A stretch of 64,000 bases of DNA from Glaucostegus cemiculus (lineage: Eukaryota). The translations under genes were made by a program, and so were the position numbers. A model generated the notes under the pieces. It made no database searches. It worked only from the letters and a program-made list of their open reading frames with translations, and was not told the origin of the DNA. The first letter of the stretch is position 1. Each line of letters opens with the position of its first letter. Positions 53,710-64,000 of this stretch are shown one piece after another. Where the stretch lies: NCBI GenBank assembly GCA_976551045.1, contig CDPCPM010000149.1:496001-560000 (forward strand), given 5' to 3'.

Positions 53710-55715
53710 CACAAGAACACAAGAAAATAGGTGCAGGAGTAGGCCAACTGTCCTCTCAAGCCTGCCCCACCATTACCAGGCAAGGTTACTCTGCCCCAGG
53801 CCTCATTTCTTCTTCTGTACCAGTTCCACTTACCCCTCAATTCCCCGATCTTTCAAAAATTTATTTACCTCCTTTTTAAATACTTCCGATCTGGTCTCCA
53901 CAATGCTCTGGTACAGAATTTCAGAGATTCACCTCCCTCTACAAGAAGTTGTTAAGCACCTCAGTTTTATATGACCACCCCTTTATCTTGTGGCTCTATG
54001 TTCCGTCATTCAATACTCTCCCACTGGAATCACCTACCCTGTCAAACCCTTCTGCATCTTATTTGTTTCAATAAGATCACATTCATTCTTTTAACTACCA
54101 AAGAATACAATTCCAACTGCTTCAACCATTCATTATAGGACAATCCTGTCATCCCAGGAGTTAACCTGGTGAATCTCTTCTGGAGTGCATCTAATGCCCG
54201 TATATCATTTCTTAAATAAGGGGTCAAAAACTGTTCACAATATTCCAGATGCAGCCACGCCAACATCCAACACATACTTCTCCACTTTCTAAGCTTCATC
54301 TTCCTTGCAATAAAAGCCAATGTGCCATTTGCCTTCCTAACTACTTGCTACACCTGCCTGCTAACATTTTATGATTCATGCGCAAGAACACGTAGATCCT
54401 TCTGTACTTCACTAATTTGCAAACACACTCCATTTAGATAATAGCCATCCTTTTGAATCCTCTCACCAAGGTGCATTATTTTCCCCACATAATACCCCAT
54501 TTGCTAAGCTTTTGCTGATTCACTCAACCAAGGTATATGTCGTTGCAGCTACCAAACATCCTCATTGCAATATGCTCTCTCATCTATTACCTGGATATTT
54601 TACACACTGGCCCAAGTTAGTAGTAAATGATTAAGAGCCAAGAGCTCATCCTTGGAGCATTCCGCTAGTTACATCTTTGAAGACTGAAAAGCACCCATTT
54701 AATCCAAATCTCTGTTCTATCATGCTAAAACTTCCCCCAGTGTTGTGTGTTCCAAATTGCTCATTAGCTTGCCAAATGCCTTCTGGAAATGCAAACATAC
54801 ATCTACATGTTCCCTTCTATTGACTCTGCTTGTTACATCTCCAGTAAATTTAAATCTTGCAAGCTTATCAAAAGTAGATCTCAAATTTGTCAAACATGAT
54901 TTATCTTTCATAAGAACAGTGGCATGGTTTGATTGCATTAAGCTTCGCTAAATGACTATTATTTTCTTTGATTATAAACGGTAGCATTTTGCCAAGCGAT
55001 ATTAAGCTAACTAGCCTATAGTTTCCTACATTTTCTTTTTCTCTCTTCTTGAACAATGTAGTTGTATCTGAGGTTTTCCAATCCACTGGTCACACCCCAA
55101 ACTCTTGAGTTTTGTAAACCTTCGACCAATGGCTCCACCATCTTTGAAGCCACTTCTTTTAAAACTCGAGTGCAGTCAATCAGTCCTGGTGACTTGTCTA
55201 CCTTTAGTCCCATTAGTTTTTCCAATGTCTTGTCCCTTATAGGGATTTTTTTTTAAAAACAAGTTCTTCCATGCTATTTGAAACTTGGTAATTTGTTATG
55301 TTTTAGATAATTGCCAGCCTTTTGAATCCTCTTACCGAAGTGCACGACGTCACATTTCGCTAAGTGTAGGTATTCTCAGAATGACAAACTCTGAAAATGG
55401 TATAATTGGAAGTAATCCATTGTGTAGACTGATGCAAAGTTCTGGTTTAAATTAACTGCCATTTCTTTGCTTCCATTGTTAATTCCCCCACCTCACTCTT
55501 GAGATCTATGCTTACCTCAGCTACCACTGCCCTCTTTATATATCACACAATATTTTGAAGTTAGTTTTGATATTACTTGCCTGTTTTCGCTCGATTTTCT
55601 CCCTTATCAACTTTATTCCACCTCTTGTACCACCAACCTTTGCTACTTTGTACGCTCCAACATCTGACTTAACATTTTCCTTGCTCTCCTTAGTTAACTA
55701 TAGATAATTCCTCTC
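53710..55715 (-). mobile_element. About 2 kb CR1/HER1 LINE (ORF2 RT to 3' tail), inactivated
   Basis: Minus strand LKVDKSPG, DWK....LFKK..GNYRLVSLIS.GKML, KSCLTNL, LHFQKAF, HLEYCEQF..PYLR.DI.AL..LQKRFTRL.PGM.GLSY.E. Confidence 0.93.
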
Positions 55716-55784
55716 TCATTTATTCCATCCAGAAAGATGGATTCAAGGCCTGCACAGCATTGTGAAACACCTATTGATTACCAA

Positions 55785-55970
55785 TCTTTCATTATCATTG
55801 GGTCTAAATCCATGAATACCCTCCCCAACAGCAATATGGGAGTACCTTTGCCAGAAAGACAACAGCAGTTCACTGTGGCACCTCACCATCACCTTCAAGG
55901 GCAATTAGGGTTGAGCATTAAATGCTTGATTTCCCAACAATGTTCAGTACTGAAAATGAATATTAAAATA
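55785..55970 (+). mobile_element. HSLHH-family LINE, right part (3' end)
   Basis: ttcattatcattgggtctaaatcc...ccccaacagcaatatgggagtacc...ctcaccatcaccttcaagggcaattaggg. Confidence 0.75.
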
Positions 55971-57649
55971 CTTGTGTACACCAGACCTGGAAAGGGTATG
56001 GTTGGCAAATTATCTGCTCATTAATGAATTAACTGGATTTTTATGACAATCTAACGATTTCCAAAGATTTGATTTCCAATAACCTGGTGCTATATCAATT
56101 TAACAATTTGCTGAGCTCCCAAAACGTCCAAGTTATTTGTCCACAACCATAATTAAAAGGCAAATGATGACATTGTGATTATGTTATTAATGCAAGGCAC
56201 AATGATAACACATTAAAATATAGCATCAGTTTACACATTATAAAATTCCAATCTTTCCCAGGCTGGACTTTTCCACAGGGAGAGAATGAGGCCAGCTGCC
56301 AAATTCCATTCCCACATTTCTTACCAGCCAGTTTAAGTGGTGAATTGGCAAAGACTTATGACTGGGTCACATGCCTGCCCTCTTGGCCATAAATGGAAAA
56401 GACAGTAGATGAAGGAAAACAATGAAATCAAAATTTCCGTTGTCATTACAAACTTAACAGAACAAGGAAAGGATGATGACAACATTGGCATTTTTGGCTC
56501 TGAAAAACTACAGTCAAGTTATGTGAACTAATATCCAAGAAAAAGATCAAATTAGAAGGCTGAGCTAATCTAAATTTGGCATAGTTAACAGAGCCAAAGT
56601 CAAGTGTAGGTATTCTCAGACTGACTGACTCTTAAAATGGTACAATTGGCTATTATAAATGTAATCCAATACAAAAGTAAAAAAAAACTTGACCTGGAAT
56701 AGAGCCAGGTTTTTTTACTTATATTAATGATGTTCAATAGCCTTGAGTCGATTAGGAATCTACAAAACTAAATATTGAACTCCAACTCAATTTATAAGCC
56801 CTAGCACATTGTATAATATCTATGAATTAGGTAACAGTTCTCAGATTAAAGGTTTTAACTTGTTAAAGTTGGGACAAGTGAGATTCCATTGAACAGTTTG
56901 CTTCAAGACTATTGTTATACCATTTACAGAATGTAGTCTGCAATGCATTTTCTGCTTAATGTTTAGCAATAATAATGTCCAGAATGAGAACTCACTTCCA
57001 AATTCTATCAGTACACAGTACAGTACTGTATTATGGCAATAATAGTATAGAAAATTAACCAAAACACCTATACATTACAAAGTTAAACTTTTAACTATGA
57101 TACTCCTTAAATTTGACATGAACTGGAAATAATATGCACACCAGTTATTTAGTCTAAACAATGCAAGGTAATAAACTGCAATCAAATGCTGAAGGCATGT
57201 TTATAATGCAAATTTAAAAATTCTGAATTTGCACATCTACCATTTAATTACAAACATAGCTAGTATTTTTCCAAAGTAAATCTTAACATTTAAATCTACA
57301 AGTAAAAGCAGTTCAAAAGCAGATATTTGTCAAAATAGTTTTGTTTACACAACTCACAACTAAATTAACTGAATTTCTCATTAAAAGTAAATAAATATTG
57401 ACTTTGAACTTTACTAATAGTTACTAGACACTACTCTGCAGTACACCAAACAAACAAAAAAAAAAATCACAGTATATTGTATACTTCACATGACAATGCT
57501 TCAGATATTTAGTGCACTTCCATAGCACTAACAATGGTTCCAGATATTATTAAAATAGTGGGCATTTTAATGAATTAATCCCCTTGGTATTATGCCATAA
57601 TAGTAAATTATTGAAATGAAATAGTATTCTACTTTCCCTTGGTATTGTT

Positions 57650-57892
57650 CTCTAACTGAAACATAATTTATAAGTCCCCACCTAACAACCAGGTGCTACT
57701 GGATGCTGACAAAACCAGAATCCTGACTTATTTCATTCTGTCTGATCCAAGACCATGAACAAGATCAATTTCAGTGTTCCAACTGCTGCCCTAGATTAAA
57801 TCAGCTAACTCAGCGCAGAGCGTGGATCAAATCTTGGACCACCAAATGCAAGTAGGTTAGCTACTTTCTGGATAAACTAGCCGAGCCATCAA
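57650..57892 (-). mobile_element. Old tRNA-derived SINE
   Basis: atcagctaactcagcgcagagcgtggatcaaatcttggacc...ctagccgagccatc (B- and A-box reverse complements). Confidence 0.55.
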
Positions 57893-58149
57893 TAGCTGTG
57901 ATTATTATTTTAAGTGTGAGGGTTATAGACTGGAGTTTTATCCCCCCAGTCTGTTATTTGTGTAATAGCCTTTCATACTCTCAGGATGTTGCAAAACTCT
58001 AAGAAAAATAAAAAATCATTGGTTGTAGGTGCAATGACATATTATCAACTAGCTGTCTGGTACCCAGACCACAGCAGCAACAAAAGTGCTATAAATTTGC
58101 TTCACAATATTTTCCCCTGAAGAAACAGAAAACCTACATTAAAATCCTT

Positions 58150-58550
58150 CCTTTCAGTTGGTAGGACATCCCAAACTACTTTCACAATCAACATACATCT
58201 TATGAAATATAGTCATTTCTGTTGGATAGGTAAACATGGCAATCAAGTTCCATTTGATAGGAAGCAAAAAATAGCACCAGGGTTATTTACTAAATGGTGT
58301 TCATAGGGAAATGGCAGAACACTTCGAGAATTGCCAGTTGCTCTTCAAAGAAGTGCCACAGGATCTTTACTTTCTGAAGAGCATCCAGAACTTTAACATA
58401 TCTTCTGGCAGATACGACCTCCAACAGTATAGCACTCCTTCACAACACTGCATTGAGGCGCCATCCTAGTTTTTATGTCCAAATCCTGGCATGAGACTAG
58501 ATTCCTAACCATCAATTCAGAAATGAGTGGTGTCACCACTGAACTGAGAT
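58150..58550 (-). mobile_element. Ancient DeuSINE (SacSINE1-like)
   Basis: tgctcttcaaagaagtgccacaggatcttta...acctccaacagtatagcactccttcacaacactgcattg...cctagtttttatgtccaa. Confidence 0.7.
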
Positions 58551-60176
58551 GACACAAAAATCAGAGCATGTACAATTTATTTTAATTATTTAAATCTACA
58601 GAAATATGCTCACGATCATTATGCCAGTCAGTTGTGTACATTGGGTTTTCAGACAAATTTGCCTGCATGCATTATTTTCAATATCAACCACGGGTTAATA
58701 GACTTGGTGATATATTCCTACCACCTATCATCTGAATGTGACATGCTCAACAAGGCCCAAGGGAAAGAGAAAAGGAAGCTTATGAAAGATACACTAGTAA
58801 TTCACCTTTAAGAGGCTCAGCCATCAAGTGTACAAATCACAGAATTTTTTGTCCTTGTCACAAACACTTCCTACTTATTCATTACTGGAAAAATGTTTTT
58901 AAAAAGCAGAGTTCAATATACAATAAATTTAAAATAATTATTAACATTATAAATAATTAGTAAAACTAAAAGATCAGATAATTACCAGATTTCACTCCCC
59001 CACCCTCAAAAATAGTCCTGAAATATTCAAGAAAACAAAAAAATTCCAAAATATAGCCACAAGGCATGTTAAAATGTACCTGTATAGCATTCCTTTATAC
59101 ATCACGAGAAAAAAACATGTTAATCATAATATTTTACTGACATTTGCATGTTCATGATAGGCCAATAAAAATGTGACTTTGATGTTGTATTGATCATGTG
59201 TTTTCCTCTCTACATTAAATGCTATAGATCAATTCTCAGCAATAAACATAACTACTGAAAAGACCAAATTACATGAAAAGGTATCCCTCGTTGATTGTAG
59301 CTTTCACAAAAGGTCTATGCAAGAATTGTCTGTCTATACAAATGCTGATGAGGATTTTACATGGAACTAAAACTACCATAGATATCCTACTCCAACAAAC
59401 AATAATTTTCTAAATGCCAAGATTTGAATTCAACTGGCAAAATGGCACATAAAAATTCCACACAACAAAACCTTAAATAAAATAAATTGCAATCTAAGAA
59501 AGCTTTACATGCTTTGTTTATAAAATGAACAAGTTATAACAAACATGAGTATTTTGAAATGTACTGCGTAAAATTCCATACCTATGGAGCGGTTTCACAA
59601 TTTAGAGTTGTAAATAATTTTTTTTAAAAGATATTTACTTAAAAACTATCACAACTTAAATGCACAGTATATTCACAGAATATCCAGTTCTTCTAAACTG
59701 AGGTTTTTTTTGCTGTTTCTTGCAGTAATTTTGATTTATTGCACTATTAAAATTTGTCCCCAAGCACAAATAGAGGAGCTGCTTAAGCCAGTGTGTGGTT
59801 TTATTGTTTAAAGTACAATTTTTTTAAAAAAACTCTCTCAACTCAGAATGAAACAGCATTATTCCGTTTTCAAAGAATTCCTTTAAACGATGCTTGAATT
59901 ATACTACATGTATAATGTTTCTGTCTTAAATCTTCAATCGAATTACATTTGACATTCTTTGACATAAAAAAACTCAAACTTGATTTCAAACCAAGTAATC
60001 TATTTTTAACCATGCTTAGTCTCAATATTGCAGAAAATTTAAATATATAAACACACTTGCAAGATTTTGTACATTATACTGTATTATGTGTATCCAGCAC
60101 TGACATCATATCAATTTCATTTTTCATGATTTTGAATAATTAAGACTGAGGACTAATATGACTTGAGAAAACTAGA

Positions 60177-60845
60177 TAATGATTAGCTTGATAATTAATC
60201 ACTAAATTCAGAGAAAGAGGTTGCGTAAACTAAAGGGGTCACTGCAGAGATTTGAATTTAGCAGTTTTAGATTACAGTTTAAGTAGGACAACTGGCAGGG
60301 ATATTGTCTCCTCATATGATAATCAATTGAAACTGGAGTGTGCCTTGCCATGCCCCAGCAATCAGCTCTGGTCTACAGCCTATCAGGATGACACGTGAAC
60401 CGCCTAATCCTTCCTTTGTATGATACACAAGACTCTGTTGTCAAGTGCTGGTTTTTCATCAATTGTCTGTGAAAGCCTGTCTGATTTCTTGAAGATGACA
60501 GGCCACACAGAGCTTGCCCTCCACTGTCCAAATGCCTATGTGACTTTAAGATTAATGTACTAATGAGTATCTCTCTAATCAGATATCCACATGCTACAAG
60601 TTTGCTTTAGGACAGAGCAGATTAGGAGTTAATCCTACAGAAGCAATAAGCAATTATTCAGATTACTATCTAATCTGATTCAACAAAAATCAGTAATCCA
60701 GCTATAATTCCTGCAATATTAAACCTAGCAGCTCATGCTCAATGCATAATTATGAAGCATGCAACACTGCATAATCTTTGAATTGTCCACGGTGAATTGT
60801 TTGTTTAAATTTTAAATGGGATATTATGAAGTTATAATCTGATTA
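60177..60845. promoter_or_regulatory. Candidate enhancer: K50 homeodomain (Otx/Crx/Pitx-type) site cluster
   Basis: 15 TAATC/GATTA pentamers counted in about 670 bp, including three TAATCC and a P3 dimer palindrome TAATCTGATTA at 60835-60845; E-box CACGTG at 60392. Confidence 0.5.
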
Positions 60846-62199
60846 TTTAGACATTCTTTTCTGAATTAACTGACAAACATCAAACAGTTCTAAATGATAA
60901 TTAGATGTCCAACTTTGAAACAGTATCTTACAATATATGTAATGCTACATCATGCTCGCTGGGCTAGCCCAAGTCATGATTTCTCCCTAATTACTTTCAA
61001 ATGACCAAAGAAAAATGTACAAGAGCATTAGTATCATACCTCAAACTGCCACTTAAAAATAATGAAAAATATTGGCTTCCTTGTCTGCCTTAAATTTTTA
61101 TTATAGATTCTGGTCAAAGTAATAACTATTTTAACATAACCTAGCACCACGGTATTCCCACAGAGAAAACAAAAACACCTTTGCATGTTGTATTGTATCA
61201 AGGTCCACAATGCAACCTGGTACTGATATCTAAAGGTCATCTCTATTTGTATACTGATTTTGTATGGTTTAGTTATTCATTTTCTTGATAAAAAACAAAT
61301 TCCAATAACATACAACATTTGTACGCTGAAGACATGTGCTACTTATTTTTTTGTTTGGTCTTAAAAGACCTCCATTTCATTTCTCAAAACCAAGCATGGC
61401 TCTTCTGCAACCCTGAAAATTCCAACATTATTGTCAGCCCATCAAGTACATTTTTTCTTGTGCAAATGCAGGAAAGAGCAAGAAAGAGAGGAGGGAATCA
61501 AACAACATCTAACTGGTGCAAAATAAATAGTTGGAATGATAAAAGTGTTACTGCTTTAAACATCTATTTTACAGAAATATCTGAAAGTAAATAGCAAAAA
61601 GTTTTATCTCAAAATAAGTATTTCCAAAAATGTTTAAAAAGGAGTTACATGGATCTAAAGGCAGATATTCTTGAAGATATCTTTGCCAAGCCATTAGAAA
61701 TTGTGTTTATTGTACTCTACAAATGCCTTCCCCATACTGTAATATATATGACAGCATTGCCAGCAAAAACCGTGGTAGTCATATCCCAGGTTAGCATACG
61801 GATACTCCTTCCTACCTGAGAACTCATACAGAGATACCTGGAAATACAAGTAACTTCTAAAACCAAAATCAGCACCAAGGAATCTTCTTTCAAATTTGAA
61901 CTGATAAAAATGCACGCTTCATCCAGTCAAATTATATGTACTTGCAAAATGTTGGCTTTGCACAAATAATCTGTCCTCTCACAAATCATCAGTTTTACAT
62001 TAACATACAGCTCAGCTATCATTTTAAAAGATCTACGTTTCACTCTACCGTTGATAATACAGAGGATATTTCAAGACTACTTACAAACACATACTTCGTG
62101 ATTAATTCCCTTATCAGGGTTAAGGGTTGAAAATAAGTTGATTAATTTAACCATATATCACTAGAGGCAATATCCTAATACGTTACACTTCTTAAAAGA

Positions 62200-64000
62200 C
62201 GAAATACCATGTGTTTGTGCTCCAAAGAGTCAATTTCTTGTTCGTTTTTATTAACGTCAAATAGGAACACGGAGCACACACCCCAAGGTCAAGGCATCAG
62301 GATGTAATCAACAACACCACCACCACGTATCAGACATCACAAAGTAACAGGCTTCATCTTACAAACATCGCAACCTCAACAATGCCTAAACACAGAAAAT
62401 AAACGGAATATTGACAGCTGGTTGCAGGAGTGTGCAATACCTGTCAAGAAAGTGGGGCGGCGATGCTTACATCCAGTACAAGTGAAAACCATAAAGTATT
62501 CCAGAAATTTAAATTTATCCTGTCTGATGGTTAGATTTCACTCACTTTCGAATCTCCTCTGAGAAACAAGTCTTCTCCAAACGGAAAGTGTGCATTTGAT
62601 ACTTCACTACAACCGTGTGCCTGCTTTCGACCCGAGTAACCTGCTGGCCTCAAAGATGCTTGCATTTATTTGATCGAACATTTATCGATGGATTCCATTG
62701 GTGAACATCTGAACAATAAAAATCACCAGACATTTTGTTAAGCGACTAAACTGCAGCGGGGGAAGAGATAACACGACCGGTATTCTCCCTCGATCCCAAA
62801 CCAGTTCTATGGATTATCAGTTTCTAAAGGGGCGGGATCAAATCTTCAGCATTTTCCAAAAACAAACGCTCTCTACCACCAGCCAGTACAGAAAACATTA
62901 ACTCTCCTCTAACGCCAGGTTAGCCAATATTGATTACCCCTAAAGGATAAACAACCTGTTTGCACTTCTCAACTTGATATGGCACACTGCAACTTTGATT
63001 TATACAACACAATATGTATTCCACGCTTCGATATCTTTATTGCGAGATCTGTCATATTTTGTTTAGATAACATAACGTCGAGCATGGCATTCTCTGACAG
63101 CAGTTCAGCAACAACGCAACCTATTCCAGCCATTAGTCTGATACATTAGAAATCTACTCTCCGGCAATAACTGGCCCCTTCCACGATACGTGGATGACAC
63201 TCATCTTGTTAATAGAGCATTTCTATATTTTTAATGTCTTACTAAATGATGGGAAATGTTGCCAAATTCAACAGAACTCGAATTTTATCCCAATAAAATA
63301 TACTTCTGGTTCTGCCCCAATCCTTCCATGTACTGTCATGCAGTCTACTTTGAGTTCACCAAGAAGTGCTCCTGTAGCCATGTACTTCATTTTCTGAAAT
63401 TTTCTAAGACTTAGAATTAAAGAGTGAGAAACTAAGTATAAAAAGGAATAGTATTTGTGTAAAATATGGGGGCTTGATGTGTTTGGAATCTGAAGTAAAA
63501 GAACGCATCGATGACATTAAGATGACATTAAAGAACAACTCAGATCGGAATGAAAGTTGGAAATCAAGGATGAATGGAGAGGTAGGTGTGTGGGGTTAAT
63601 GTAGGAATCTAAACATTGAAAGTGAAGTTTAAAAAGGAGATTTGGGTTGCCGTGATGACGAGTTGGTGAGATGCAAGACACTGGTTTCAGTACGTTGCGC
63701 AGCAGTATGACTGGGAAAGCAGCGATGCACATTCCACTATCAGAGCATTTCCTACCGCGCCAGCACTGACGGCCCATTTTACAACAGGAATGCCATTCCG
63801 AACAGCTACTTGGAAATTAAAACAAGCAGCTTTTTCCCGGACGGCGTCAACTTCCCGGGACTGCAGGAAGTGCAAATCACTACAGATAAAGACTGGTAAA
63901 GTTGAGGAAATCGCAAATAAACAACCTTCGCCACAGATCCAGCCTAATTCAAGTAACATGACCCTTTGCAATAAGATGAAGTACAGGATAAAAAGTCACT
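62200..64000. promoter_or_regulatory. CpG-enriched, repeat-free flank of a probable promoter/CpG island
   Basis: 15 CpG in 63601-63960 versus 0 in 57001-57360; GC boxes GGGGCGG near 62454 and 62828, CCAAT near 62925, ETS CAGGAAGTG near 63864, X-box-like GTTGCCGTGATGAC at 63646. Confidence 0.55.

Noticed and set aside
61816-61837. 22-nt minus-strand microexon or AG|GT recursive splice site
   Set aside because: Reconstituted donor GTATCT is weak, length is not a multiple of 3, no supporting evidence
63510-63531. 11-nt tandem duplication gatgacattaa x2
   Set aside because: Ordinary slippage duplication with only two units
1-64000. CRISPR array, operon or prokaryotic defence system
   Set aside because: Sequence is vertebrate non-coding DNA with no regularly spaced repeats and no long ORFs

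Overview
AT-rich, CpG-depleted vertebrate DNA. The repeat content points to a cartilaginous fish, probably a ray (inference from HE1/V-SINE-like, DeuSINE-like, HER1/CR1, Rex1/Babar, L2, Penelope and Harbinger relics). I found no intact protein-coding gene: the ORF-track hits are decayed retrotransposon fragments or chance ORFs. A>T and C>G skew on the + strand (judged by eye), loss of young repeats after about 56 kb and a steep CpG rise in the last 2 kb suggest a large 5' intron of a minus-strand gene whose promoter lies at or beyond the right edge. The most notable observations are: a dense K50-homeodomain (TAATC/GATTA) motif cluster at 60.2-60.85 kb; decayed minimal hammerhead ribozymes in Penelope termini; a two-part locally templated insertion inside a CR1; a 5'-inverted Rex1 copy; one V-SINE family with two different LINE tails; a Harbinger fossil; and a T-shaped nested palindrome. 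I cannot support a wholly new biological system from sequence alone. Family names come from recalled motifs, not a database search, and repeat boundaries are approximate.
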